64,000 bases of DNA from Octopus vulgaris. Its lineage: Eukaryota. The stretch's first letter is position 1. Every line of letters starts with the position of its first letter. The translations under genes were made by a program, and so were the position numbers. The stretch lies in contig OX597833.1 in assembly GCA_951406725.2 (NCBI GenBank), positions 50,158,001 to 50,222,000 of the forward strand, given 5' to 3'. The notes under the pieces were generated by a model. The model did no database searches. It worked only from the letters and a program-made list of their open reading frames with translations, and was not told the origin of the DNA. Below, one piece after another: positions 27,908 to 42,431 of the stretch.

Positions 27908-28330
27908 GGGGATTTGGTAAATGGAGACTGATAGCGGCCCGTCGTGTGTATATGTGTATATGTGTATGTATATATATATATATATGTGTGTGTGTATGTG
28001 TGTTTATGCATGTGTTTTTGTTTCTATGTTTGTCCCCCCAGCATCGCTTGACAACCGATGGTGACCGATAGAATAAATACTACGCTTGTAAAGAATAAGT
28101 CCAGGGGTGATTTCTTCGGTTAAAAACCCCCTTTAATGATGTGTTCCATTATGGCCGCAGTGAAATGACTGAGACATGTAAAAGAATATACAAGATGGGA
28201 TTCCATACAATTTCTGTCTACTAGATTCAGTCACCAGGTATTGTGATCGACACGGAGCTTCTGCAGAAGATATTTCTCCAAGGTGCCGCTGATTGGAGCC
28301 GAACCCAAAACCATGTGGTTGCAAAAGCAC
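27908..28330. mobile_element. Decayed family A fragments (plus-strand 3' part, then minus-strand head)
   Basis: ggatttggta...atgactga, then tttctgtctac...aaccatgtggtt. Confidence 0.7.
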
Positions 28331-29081
28331 GCTTTACTTCACGGTAGAGAAAAAAAAAGTAAGACCCCCCACACACACACACCACTACAAGAAAACAACA
28401 ACATAAAACAAAGAATTTGTTATTCTCTTATCCATAGCAATATCATAGGAACTATATGAATTATTATTATCCCGAAAGCCATCAATTGATCATTACCCTG
28501 TTTCGTTATTATGTCAAGAATGTATGCGACACATCATCACTCGGACGACACTAAATCGTCACCACTATCACCAATAATAGTTCCAACGATAAATTACCAC
28601 CGCACTTATAATGATAAATACCATTGTCAAGATAGAGAAGACAGGACAGATTTACTGATACAGCGAGGCTATCCTCGAAATATGAGATTATTTCCTATTC
28701 TACTGTACATTCGCATTTATGTATTTTTGAACATAAATCTAAACCCGTGTTTACAATAGCGCCATTGTGGAGTGGATTGTTTTTATAGCCTTTCGCTATG
28801 CGTTCGAGTTTTAAAGTCTCTTAAACAGACGCACACATACGCGAACGCGAACACACACTTACGCACACGTGCGGGCACATACATAATCATATACACAATC
28901 ACGAGCGCGCATACACACACACAAACACACACATACACACGAGTACACACATACACACAAATATACACATACATATAACTGGTGCAAGCATACATACATA
29001 CATACAAACAGACACATACATACACGCACATACGTACACATAGACACATGTAACTGCTGCATGCTCACACATATACAAACA

Positions 29082-29470
29082 TACTCTTTTACTCTTTTAT
29101 TTCTTTCAGTCACTTGACTGTGGCCATACTGGAGCACCACCTTTAGTCGAGCAAATCGATCCCAGGACTTAATCTTTGTAAGCCTAGTACTTAATCTATC
29201 GGTCTCTTTTGCCGAACCACTAAGTTACCGGGACGTAAAAATACCATCATCGGTTGTCAAGCGATGTTGGAGGGGGACAAACACAGACACACAAACACAC
29301 ACATATATATACATATATACGACGGGATTCTTTCAGTTTCCATCTACCAAATCCACTCACAAGGCTTTGGTCGGCCCGAAGCCATAGTAGAAGACACTTG
29401 CCCAAGGTACCACGCAGTGGGACTGAACCCCGAACCATGTGGTTGGTAAGCAAGCTACTTACCACACAGC
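29082..29470 (-). mobile_element. SINE family A
   Basis: Homology to other copies. Confidence 0.9.
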
Positions 29471-30241
29471 ACACTCACACACAATCACACACATACTTTA
29501 CTACACATACACACATATAAGTCAGTGGATACATGTATACATAGTCACATACTGGTACATATATATACAGGGTGTGAACACATAAAACACTCACACACAT
29601 ACACACACAAATGTATATATGTATGATCTACACGCGTGTAAATAGAAATACAATATTCCCAAGGAGGGGCCTATGCGCAGTCATTCGCCCTGTTAAAAAT
29701 AGCAGCCTGATACCTCGAATCACAATATAATCACGATACATTATCATTAAAGACATACTACTGACTTTTAAGAAGTTAAAGACACTTTGCTTCCTAGCTA
29801 TACTTTGTCTCCATAACGATGATATGTTTATGGTTCGAACGACCCTGGCGATAGATTATTTTGACTAGGCTTCCGTTCACATCCAACAACAATAACAACA
29901 CAAACAAGAATACCAAATGTAAATAGCAATTAATTACGTATTGGTTGTACTTTAAGTTGTTATGAAATTCAATCGTTTGTTATATCAATTACATGTTAAT
30001 CAGAGATTCTTTTATAAAGAGGAAAAAACGACTAAAAACTGAAAAAAATGAATCTGATCGTAAATATAACATTGCAGGCATGGATGGAGATGCTTGTGAT
30101 TTCAAGAGGTTCATTTCGTACAACCTGTAACAAGTTTCGATCCAACAGTGTGGTAATTTCGGCTTTTTATTAACGTAGCCTTATTTTGACGAACATGTCA
30201 CGTGTGAGATTTGGAAGTTGAATAACATGTTGGAATTTATC

Positions 30242-30294
<53 letters not shown>

Positions 30295-30329
30295 ATATAT
30301 ATATAAAACAATAATAATTCTGTCTCAAA

Positions 30330-30755
30330 TAGGCACAAGGCCTGAAATTTTGGTGGAGAGGACTAATCGAATACATCGACTCCAGTGCGTAACTGGTACT
30401 TATTTAATCGACCCCGAAAGGATGAAAAACAATGTCAACCTCGGCAGAACTTGAACTCAGAACATAGCGACGGGCGAAATACTGCAAAGCAATTCGTCCA
30501 GCGTGCTAACGATTCTGCCATCCCACCGCCTTAAGCAACAACAATACTAATAAAAATAATAGCACGTTTGAGGGGAGGGGCCAAGTCGATCATAGTGTCC
30601 AGTACTTAACTGGTACATTATTTTTTGTCGTTCTTGGAAGGACGAAAGGCAGAGTGAAAGCTTAGCGTGATTCGAACTTGAAAACTTGAAGAAATGCTGG
30701 AAGAAATGATGATAAGCATTAGGTCAGATGCACTAACCGATTCTGCCTGCTCTAA
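30330..30755 (-). mobile_element. SINE family B monomer plus an adjacent decayed copy
   Basis: Head, B box, Nin-like core, tail 2. Confidence 0.8.
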
Positions 30756-31208
30756 CCCCCCCCCCCAACAACAACAACAATAACAACAACAACAACGACG
30801 ACGACGAATTCTTCAACTTTAATTGAGCAATGGCATATTTCAAATATATAAATAAAAAAAAAAGGAAAAAAACATTCCAAGAGTGAAAAAAAAAAAAATT
30901 ATTACCATTTGCGGTAATGCAGCATATTGGTTTGATATAGATTGGAGCACTGATAAATATGAACGGGGTACAAAAAAAAAAAAAAATGAGGTGGTTAAAA
31001 ATATCTGATATATATACAAAATTCCAAGCATTTTTGCGTGTCATGCTTGTTTTTTGAACCCCCACCCCCATCCCCCCGCCACACACACAAATATATGTAT
31101 TTACTTACATAGGTTTGAACCTATATTAGTTGTATTGTTGTTACGTTTCGAAAGCATCGTGTGTAAGTACGACAGAATACGCCATATTTCAATCACTTAA
31201 AGCAAATT

Positions 31209-31661
31209 ATACATACATACATACATACATACATACATACATACATACATGCATACATACCTAATACATACATACCTAATACATACATACATACATACAT
31301 ACATACATACATACATACATACATGCATACATACATACATACATACATACATACATACATGCATTCATAATACATACATACATACATACATACGTACATA
31401 CGTACGTGCATACATACATACATACATACATACATACACACACACACATACATACATAATACATACATACATACATACACACATACAGACATACACACAT
31501 ACATACATACATACATACATACATACATACACACATACAGACATACACACATACAGACATACATACATACATACATACATACACACATACATACATACAT
31601 ACATACATACATACATACATACATACATACATACATACATACATACATACATACATACATA
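31209..31661. repeat. (ATAC)n tetranucleotide microsatellite
   Basis: Direct reading. Confidence 0.98.
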
Positions 31662-32086
31662 CTCTTTTACTCTTACTCTTTTACTTGTTTCAGTCATTTG
31701 ACTGTGGCCATGCTGGAGCACCGCCTTTAGTCGAGCAAATCGACCCCGGGACTTATTCTTTGTAAGCCTAGTACTTATTCTATCGGTCTCTTTTGCCGAA
31801 CCGCTAAGTTATGGGGACGTAAACACACCAGCATCGGTTGTCAAGCGATGTTGAGGGGACAAACACAGACACACAAACAAACACACACACGCACGCACAC
31901 ACATACACACACACAAACACACACACAAACACACACACACATATATATACATATATACGACGGACTTCTTTCAGTTTCCATCTACGAAATCCACTCACAA
32001 GGCTTTAGTCGGCCCGAGGGAATATACTTGCCCAAAGTGCCACGCAGTGGGACTAAACCTGGAACCATGTGGTTCGTAAGCAAGCC
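31660..32086 (-). mobile_element. SINE family A
   Basis: Homology to other copies. Confidence 0.9.
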
Positions 32087-32170
32087 ATTCCTACTGTTGA
32101 AATACTCTGCATTTGTGTAGATTAATTTCGAAATTTTATAAAATAATTTTGTCATTATTAAACTAGTGTA

Positions 32171-32383
32171 AGGCGGCGAGCTGGCAGAATCGTTAGCACG
32201 CCGGGAAAAATGATCAGCATCATTTCGTCAGACTTAAAGACGTTCTGAGTTCTAATTCCGCCGAGGCTGACTTTGCCTTTCGGGGTGGATGAAATAAGTA
32301 CCAGTTACGCACTGCAGGCGATATAAACGACGAGCTCCCTCTCTCATAATTTCAAGCCTTGTGTCTACAGTATAAAGGATTAT
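32171..32383 (+). mobile_element. SINE family B monomer
   Basis: aggcggcgagctggcagaatcgttagcac head; possible degenerate TSD attaaactagtgt/attcaaccggtgt. Confidence 0.85.
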
Positions 32384-32878
32384 TCAACCGGTGTTTAAAA
32401 CATAATGTTACATGAAATTTTGATGGAGCTCCCTTTAAAACAGGAAGGTTTGCATCGTAAACCCAGATGAAGTTTCAATTAGTTGATATCAGGAGGGTTA
32501 ATATGATTTCATCGGTTTCAGAAGGTTTTATGTTTGTGGTGTGTAGAATATGTTCGTCAGTAAATATCATTTATAGAATATTTAAGAATACAGATATGAA
32601 CCATGAAATATAGTTATGGGATTATTATGCACCATAAAATATATATTCTTCCGTATCACAGTATGGGAGTCGGAGTATACGAATGTATGCACATATAACG
32701 CAAAATAGGCATAAAATGGCGTGCGGAAAACAAAACGCGTTTATCAAAGCGTGTTATCAACAAAATGATGTTTTTGTAGGTATGTAAGCCAGAAGATAAA
32801 AAATGTTTTATGTGCAAGAGAATACGAGGAAAATTATGTACGTTAAACTGCATACATCAAGCACACTACATATTGGGT

Positions 32879-32945
<67 letters not shown>

Positions 32946-32956
32946 TTATATATATT

Positions 32957-32998
<42 letters not shown>

Positions 32999-33029
32999 TA
33001 TATGTATACACATACATATATATATATGC

Positions 33030-33066
<37 letters not shown>

Positions 33067-33071
33067 CACAA

Positions 33072-33104
<33 letters not shown>

Positions 33105-33165
33105 CATACATACACAATATGTAATATATATGTACGAATATATATATATATATGTATATATATGC

Positions 33166-33196
<31 letters not shown>

Positions 33197-33403
33197 CATA
33201 TATATGCATATACATACATATATGTATACATATATATATATATATACATACATATATACATATATATATACATAAATGCATATATACACACATGCACATA
33301 TATATACGTATATATAGGTATATATATACAAATATTTATATATGAATATACGCACCTATATATGTATATACATATGTATATATGTATATATATGTGTGTA
33401 TAT
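32879..33403. repeat. Compound (TA)n/(TACA)n microsatellite
   Basis: Direct reading. Confidence 0.97.
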
Positions 33404-34210
33404 GAGCGAAAATCTACTGTTGTTTTTCTCTCCTATCTAGATGACATTTAGTTTTTAATCTGCAGACTACCGCTTCAATGTGTCCCTTTCGCGCTAAAAT
33501 TCCGTACACGCGACACCTGGTGCTGAATCGAAAATCAGGCCAACTCACCAATTGTGCCAAAAAAAGAATTACTATTTTCCTCGAGCTCCTATGTCTATTT
33601 TCTTTCATTTCTCTATCATCTCCCCCCACTTCTCTCTGTTGCGCTCTCTCTTTTTCTCTTTCTCTATTCTTTCTTTATCTTTCTCTACAATTCGAGCTAT
33701 GTACTTTTTAACATTGATGATAAGATAAGAAGGCAGGCCAGACGCATGCGTTGCAAATCTTGATACAAAATGGTAAAGCAATACACGAGCAGAAGATACA
33801 TATACAGTTCACGATGAGAGATCTGAGTGGAGACGTGGATCATTGAAGCATTGTCTCTTTTGGGCTATAGCTCTGGTAAACGGTAGGTGCTAGGTGAATT
33901 GCAACATTATGAGGTCAGGTAGGGTGAAGTCTACACGAACCTACGAGTCCTAATGACGTTTGATGACTACAAGGAAACGCCAGAGCTTTACTACCTTGTG
34001 GGAGCGGACAAAAGATGGATCATACTAGTGGCGCAGGACAAAGAAACTATTTACTACACAGAGTGGAATTTCAGAATCGTGTAAAAATCATACCATGGAA
34101 GCACGAGCTGAAATCGAAGCAATCAGAAAGAGACGGGTGGAAAAACCGGAAAACCGGGTGGTAGCAGAGACAGCTATAGAGATAGCAACAACAGCAAGAC
34201 CCTGATAGGC

Positions 34211-34617
34211 AAATATGTAGGAAGAATATTAATGGTAATGGTTACTGTCGCAAGTGCCGTTGCTTCTAGGACATCACGTGTCTATGAATAGTTAAATCGA
34301 AGTTGCATTTGAATAAGATTTGGTTGATATATCTAGCAAACCTAGAAACCATATAGAGGCTCTCATCAATGGCTTGTGTAATCAACTAGTATAAAACTTC
34401 AATGGGAGTATCAAAATATGTAGGAAGAATATTAATGGTAACGGTTGGGGTCGCAAGTGGCCCTGCTTCCAGGGCATCACGTGTTTATGAATAGTTAAAA
34501 CGAAGTTGCATTTGAATAAGATTTGGTTGATATATCTAGCAAACCTAGAAACCATATAGAGGCTCTCGTCGATAGCACTGTATAATCAACTAGTATAAAA
34601 CTTCAATCGGTGTATTA
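34211..34617. repeat. Tandem duplication, ~203 bp period, 2 diverged copies
   Basis: aaatatgtaggaagaatattaatggtaa at 34211 and 34414. Confidence 0.95.
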
Positions 34618-35385
34618 ATGGTTAGAGTAAATTTATTATAATTATTTAGTGTTTCCATTGCCTGCAATACTGTATGAAGTTTCTCCCATGGGGTAAATAC
34701 CAATATCAAATTATTATTGTTAAAACACAACAAAAACGGTACTATAACGATTCCTTCATAATTATGGGAACTGTCACATTTTATCCTAAGAATAATTAAT
34801 ACAGCTACAATTATTATTAAATTGATGAGCCACTAATTAGCACAGTGTACTAATTAAGAGCCGTAAATAGTCTTCAGAACATACATACTGAGTGCAGATT
34901 GCAATAACCCCCATCGTTAATGTCACAATCATCAATATTGCTCTCATAAACACATTATTGTCGAATTAGAAATACCGATAGCGCATGCTTTGTAATCTGG
35001 TTAATTGGGAGAATGTATCAGTTTAAATATTGACAATGTTTAGATTAATACCTGTCTGCCTATCTCACTGTCTGTCAGTCTGTCAGTCTAGCTGACCATC
35101 AATGGATCTCAGAGAAAGGATGTATACACACACACACATATATATAATGTAATTCATTTATGATATAGAATATATTTCATCTCACTACTTTGGCTTTTTA
35201 GTTTTTGTATATTCATTTATCCCGTCTCCATAAAATGAGCAATTAGTTCCCCTGTCACGAATAATAGCTATCACCAATTACTTCCCCTTAGATTTTTCTA
35301 CCTATTGATACTTTTTTCATTCACAAACCCCCATACACATGGCCTAAAATCTTCTTAAGAAAATACTAAATTACAGTAATTGCAA

Positions 35386-35417
35386 TGTCATGATTAGCGA
35401 AGCGAAACCGGTCGACA
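35386..35417 (+). ncRNA. Minimal type I hammerhead ribozyme with A3/U8 core variant
   Basis: TGTC-ATGATTA-GC(GAA)GC-GAA-ACCGGT-C-GACA: stem I TGTC/GACA, 2 bp stem II, palindromic stem III, GUC cleavage triplet. Confidence 0.6.
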
Positions 35418-35559
35418 AACACAATATTCTTTCACTTATAAAATATATTAAAACTATGTGCGTTTTCTTTCTTTTGCTTTATATATTATATATATATATA
35501 TTTGCATTACGACACACGATGTGGGGATAATCGAAATTCTTCACCTCCTTTTTTCTTAC

Positions 35560-35598
<39 letters not shown>

Positions 35599-36619
35599 AC
35601 TATATATATATGTGTGTGTGTGTGTGTGTATGTGTGTGTGTGTGTGTGTGTGTGCGTGTTTGTGTGCATGTATGTATATATTGGTGCATAAGCACAAACA
35701 TGTATTATGTATCTATGTATATTTAATGGGGAAGTACATGTCAAAAGGTATACGACCGATACCGGGAGATTAGTGTTCAAACCATAACAGATCAAAGAAC
35801 TTAAAATCCAACGCCAAACAATGCAGTCGAGGCAAACGAGAGTTGGCCATATAAAATATATGGCAATGGAAGTATAACATGAAAAAAAATGTAGAGGTGG
35901 TTGTTAACAGCATCAAAGCATTTATCATTCGCACGCGCATAAACACACACACACAAACACACGCACGCATCGTCTGTCCAGTTTCACTCACTGAGCCTGA
36001 ATCGACCGTTGGCTAAAATGAAACCCACTTGGGATCGAACTAGAGAGCACGTCAATTGCGAAGTGAAACTTTTCATCATTTGGTCATACACTCACATACA
36101 AACACACGTACACATACACGCACATACACACACACAATCTCTCTTTCTTTCTCTCTCTTACACACACGCATACACAAACACACAAACACACACACATTCA
36201 CACGCATACACACTCTCATATACACACAGGCGCATTCACTCACAAACATTCATTCATGAACTTAATCACTCACAAAAATATTCAAAGAGAAAGAGAGACA
36301 GAGAGAGTGGGAGAGAGACGATGAGTGAGAGAGAGGGGAGAGAGAGGGAGAGAGAAGAGACAGACAGACAGATAGACAGACAGACAGGAAGAGAAAGATA
36401 GAGAGAAACAAAATGAGAGAATTAGATATAGAATAATAATTCGGCTGAAGAGAAAAACAAATAATGAGATGGGATAAAGATTGGGAAGAATATAAAGAGA
36501 AAGGAAAGACAGAAAGAAGAAATGATAGAAAGGACGAAGAAAATATAAGAGCAGAGAATATCAGGAGCAAAGTGAATTATATAGAAGTAAAAATAATACA
36601 TTCACACATTTTACATTCT

Positions 36620-37290
36620 TTCGCTCATATACAGGCAAACAGTCACTTATATACACCCGTACGTATGTTTTGGATGTATAATTCAATATATATAATAATA
36701 GAGAGAGAGGAGAGAGAGGGGCGGACAGGGAGACAGAGAGAAAAATACTATGTACTAAAGAGAAAGAGAGATTGTTCTTCATAAGTAGAGAGGGGGAAAT
36801 GGCGGCTGGCATGAACAGCATGTGTAAATAATGTCTGAAAAAATTTTTCGTTCATATACAGGCAAACAGTCACTTATATACACCCGTACGTATGTTTTGG
36901 ATGTATAATTCAATATATAGAATAATAGAGAGAGAGAGGCGGACAGGGGGACGGGGAGAAAAACACTATGTACTAAAGAGAAAGAGAGATTATTCTTCAT
37001 AAGTAGAGAGGGAAAAATGGCGGCGGGTATGAACAGAATGTGTAAATAATGTCTGAAAAAATTTTTCGTTCATATACAGGCAAACAGTCACTTATATACA
37101 CCCGTACGTATGTTTTGGATGTATAATTCAATATATATAATAATAAAGAGTGAGAGAGAGAGAGGTGGACAGGGAGACAGGGAGAAAAATACTATGTACT
37201 AAAGAGAAAGAGAGATTGTTCTTCATAAGTAGAGAGGGGAAAATGGCGGCTGGCATGAACAGAATGTGTAAATAATGTTTGAAAAAAAAT
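36620..37290. repeat. Tandem triplication, ~220 bp period
   Basis: catatacaggcaaacagtcacttatatacacccgtacgtatg occurs three times; units differ mainly in an internal (GA)n. Confidence 0.95.
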
Positions 37291-37563
37291 ATGTGGGGTG
37301 GTAGGAGGAAAATAAATAATGGACAACATGGCCGCAGATGATAGCATAAAAGGAAAAAGAAATGGAAAACGAAATGGAAGTCCACCTTAACAGCAAATGT
37401 AATGAATGAGTCGGGTGTAGATTGAGACCACCCGATGTCTCACTGTTCATTGACGTCCACTTAGAGAGAAGCCATTGTTGCGGTGGCGAGGAAGGTACGG
37501 TTTGTCTTGAAAAGATTTCGTTAGTTGTGGCGCTCGCGTGTATGTAATTTAGTGTGTGTGTTT

Positions 37564-37608
<45 letters not shown>

Positions 37609-37781
37609 TTTGTCGTCGTTCTGTCTGCGTGTATATTTGTGTGTGTGTGTGTGTGTATGTTTTGTATATATGTGTAACAAGAAATAATCACTATGTTAAC
37701 AAGAATGCGTAAATGTATATTATGTGAATATGTATGCATGTGTGTATGTTTCTGTGTATTTATGTATATATGCGTGTGCGT

Positions 37782-37828
<47 letters not shown>

Positions 37829-38116
37829 GCGTGGAGATGACGGATACTTAATCGGTGATTGCTAAAAGGCTGTATGACTATACAATATATTTAAAACTAC
37901 TTATATAATAACACACGTACACACACACACACAGCAGGCCACACACACATACACACAGCACTCTACACACATACCACCAAACACCCACGCATATATATGT
38001 ATGTGTGTGTATGCATAAACACACACACACATATATAAAACATGTGTGTATGCATATTTACTAATATATATATATATACATACACACACACACACACACT
38101 CACATATACATACACG

Positions 38117-38161
<45 letters not shown>

Positions 38162-38222
38162 AAATATTTATGCAGATATACAAACGTGCACTCATACATG
38201 CACATACGCATACTTGTGTGCG

Positions 38223-38255
<33 letters not shown>

Positions 38256-39337
38256 AAACATACACACATTACATACATATTTTCCAGGATGAGTCTATTT
38301 AGCTACCATCATAATACGATTGAAGGAACATTTTCCTTCTCTTTTCGTCTTTCCCGTCTCTGCCCCTACTTATCTTAACTTTTCTTCCATTCCTATCCAT
38401 TCCTCTCACACCAATACTCTCTATCCATCCTTGCCTCTCTCTGTCTCACTATCTGTCTGTCTCTCAATCTATCTCTCCCAGTCTCTGTCTGCCTGTTTGT
38501 CTCTCTCTCAGCCTCTTTTTCTTTCCCATTTCTCTCCTTGCCTACGTTTCACGTACCTCTCCTTCAATTCATATCGTCATCTCTCCATTTTCCCTTCGCT
38601 ATCTATATATCTCTTTCTCAATCACACACATTTGACCATGCTTCCGTCACAACCCACAACCGCATCTCTTTTTCTCTCCTCGCTCCTCACTCCTCACATC
38701 TCCCAAACAACCCCCATTTTATAATTAGTTCCAACAATTCTTTTCAATCTATTCCTTTTGCTTCTTCCCATACCTTCTAACCACTTTAATCTCCATCGTG
38801 AAATTTCCATCTCCATCCTTACCCCGACCACCAACAACACCACGCCATGCACAGTCTATCATAACATCACCACCATCGCTGCCAACCTTTAATTACACTG
38901 CCGCCATCATTCCCATCGATGAGCTCCAACAATACCAACACTAAGAGCAACAAAATACAGCTGTGTCACACTATAATCACACCATCTCCGTTCTCTGTCC
39001 TTCTTTACCATCACACAATACCGCCATCACCAGCACGGCTAATAGCTTTGTCTGGCTACGCCCTAACAATCAAGCTACCACGCCACTATTACCATCAGCA
39101 ATCCGTACGACATATCAACTAAAGTGCCACCTTCTCTACAACGGTGACCCATGGCTAACAACTCTAGTGGCACTATAACAAGCGGTAATGATTCTGTATA
39201 ATAATCGCCACAATTTTTTCCCATCCCTTATTCGGAATTCTTGATTTCTACCCCACTTCTCAATACCAAACCTTACGTTCGTTTACACTTTTGTCTCCTT
39301 TTCTATTACTGATTGATAAGCTTGAGGGCAAATAGTT

Positions 39338-39345
39338 CGAGAGAG

Positions 39346-39432
<87 letters not shown>
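39338..39432. repeat. (GA)n microsatellite
   Basis: Direct reading. Confidence 0.98.
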
Positions 39433-39436
<4 letters not shown>

Positions 39437-39806
39437 GGATGATGTTGTCCCAAAGACGAAATGCGAACGAGTTACTTTGACGGATATACATGCGAATTCA
39501 CGCACGCATTTCCGTACGCACGCGTTTACGTAGGCACACATACACACACATACAGACAGACACACGCACACCTATCTTTGTCGTATTCTCTCGTGTTCTT
39601 TCCTTCCTTCTTTCTTTCTTTCTTTCCTACTTTCTTTCTTTCTCTCTTTCTCTCCGTATGTATACATGTGTGTGCGTGCGTGTGTGTATGCGCGTGTATG
39701 TATGCAAGTATGTACGTATGTACTACGTATGTATGCATGTATGTATATATGTATATATATGTATCTATATATATGTACGTATGTATACATGTATCTATCT
39801 ATCTAT

Positions 39807-39874
<68 letters not shown>

Positions 39875-40332
39875 TACACACATATCCATAGAACAACTAT
39901 ATTTATACATTCGTGCATTCATACATACGCATACTTGTGTGTGTGTGTGTTTGTGTCTGTGCAAGCGCAAGGCATGCGTGTCTGCTTGGAGCTAGAGAGG
40001 GGCTAAGGTAAATAACTCAGATGAGGGGGTCATTTGTACAAATTTCGACAAAGACGAATGAAGGTATATTAAATACCTCACAACATAATTCCTTGATTAT
40101 TAAATTTCTCTGTAAAGAAACGCAAGGTGCAAGATGCTAAAGATACAAAACGAGAACAGGAAATTGATATCAAGAAAAAAGTATTCTCTGGAGTTCACAT
40201 GGCCTGAAGGAAAAGAGAGGTTCTTTTCTATTCTTGGGACAAGAGGTTAGCGGGTTTCTTCCCCCAAAAGACGTCATTAGCATGCTATATTTTCTATCTC
40301 GATTCCAGCAGATACAAAACTTATAGAGAAAA

Positions 40333-40834
<502 letters not shown>

Positions 40835-40840
40835 TATATA

Positions 40841-41100
40841 TGAAAAACGAGAACATGAAATACGAAAATAAGAAAACATGGAAAACGCACTGTTTTTGCG
40901 AAAAACAAAAGAAACAAATAGAAAAACAAGACAGGCAACATAAAGAACAATTCCTTCATCAGTTGTCCATTGTTTTATCGACTTCGCACTGTTTTTCTAT
41001 TTGTTTCTTTCGTTGTTCGAAGAAAAGTTCGTTTTCCCTGTTTTCGTTTTCCATGTTTTCGTATTTCATGTTGTTTACGTTTTTTGACGTCCTGTACCCC
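40841..41100. mobile_element. Inverted pair of repeat fragments flanked by TA runs (Penelope-like geometry)
   Basis: aacatgaaatacgaaaa/ttttcgtatttcatgtt and aaagaaacaaatagaaaaaca/tgtttttctatttgtttcttt inverted matches. Confidence 0.55.
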
Positions 41101-41419
41101 TATATGCATGTGTATATACATACATATATAAGTATGTACAAAGAGCTTACTCCCGAAAGGGACTCATTCCAACTGATGTAATCAGAGGCATAATATCACA
41201 AAGTTAGGATATTTAAAGGCCCTGGTCCTGCAATCCCAACATGCATCTTTCTTCGTCAGCCACCTTGAGCAAAATTAACGGTGCTAATACATTGATACAA
41301 CCTCGCATGCAGAATACACACACACATACAGAAACACACAAACGCACATATGCCTTGCGTGCTTCTTATATACGAGTGCTTACATAAAGGTATTTATGCA
41401 TGAATATATATATATATAT

Positions 41420-41571
41420 ATCCTTTATTTAAATGCAGCAGAAATTCAACAGAACCTGTTACTCGGAGTTTCACTCTCCCGTTCGTCGGACAGTTTTGTT
41501 AAAAAATTACTCTACCCCTGGTATTTGAGTACTCTTTTTTCCACCTTGTTTCACATTTATGTGTTTACTCC

Positions 41572-41573
<2 letters not shown>
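41420..41573. mobile_element. Second copy of HHR family 1 (minus-strand hammerhead at ~41455-41492 plus inverted downstream segment)
   Basis: Minus: CTGT-CCGACGA-ACGGGAGAGT-GAA-ACTCCGAGT-A-ACAG; 41506-41573 matches reverse complement of 9273-9340; flanked by (TA)n. Confidence 0.75.
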
Positions 41574-41631
<58 letters not shown>

Positions 41632-41671
41632 AAGATGGATAGACGATAGACAGGTAGACAGATATACGGAG

Positions 41672-41672
41672 C

Positions 41673-41765
<93 letters not shown>

Positions 41766-41780
41766 GGATGGATAGATATG

Positions 41781-41811
<31 letters not shown>
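41672..41811. repeat. (GATA)n microsatellite
   Basis: Direct reading. Confidence 0.98.
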
Positions 41812-42332
41812 ATGAACACATGCGTATAATGTGTGTGCATATCAATGAATATGCTTGCGTCTTTGTATTTGTCACTGCAGATGCAAACAAAAGCGTATTG
41901 TGTAGATGGCCATGGGATGCCTAGTGTAAGTGATGTCCTCAGATATGCACCTACTTATACACAAATAAATAGTTAAATAAATAAGTGTATATACGTGTAT
42001 ATAAATGGTGCGGGAATCTCAGTATGACGTGTGTAACTAAGAAAATTGGAACAGACAAATGTAAGTGGTTATCTGAAGGAAAAGCCTCAGGCTGGAACAA
42101 AAGATTTGTAAAGGCCCAGAACACGCGCTCGATATTTGCAAGGGCAGGACACAAGACAAAGAGCTGGTGGTTGTGGACGCGGCATTATATGTATAACAAA
42201 AATATTGTATAGAATGTGTGCGAAACTTCGAGTTTATACATATTTGGTCACGCCTGGTTGTATTGTTCGTGTGAATTGCATGTTAAAGTGTGTATGCACA
42301 CCTGCATACATGTGTTTAAGCGTGTCAGTGTT

Positions 42333-42367
<35 letters not shown>

Positions 42368-42431
42368 GAGGGCTGGAGAAGAGAAATTACAGATAATATA
42401 AGGCCATGATTGAATACACGGGATTCTAAGA

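Noticed and set aside
32090-32500. Possible piggyBac-like MITE ending in gggTTAA
   Set aside because: Matching left terminus not found
33760-34200. Purine-rich stretch resembling a decayed retroelement ORF1
   Set aside because: Only short open frames and no diagnostic motif; needs blastx
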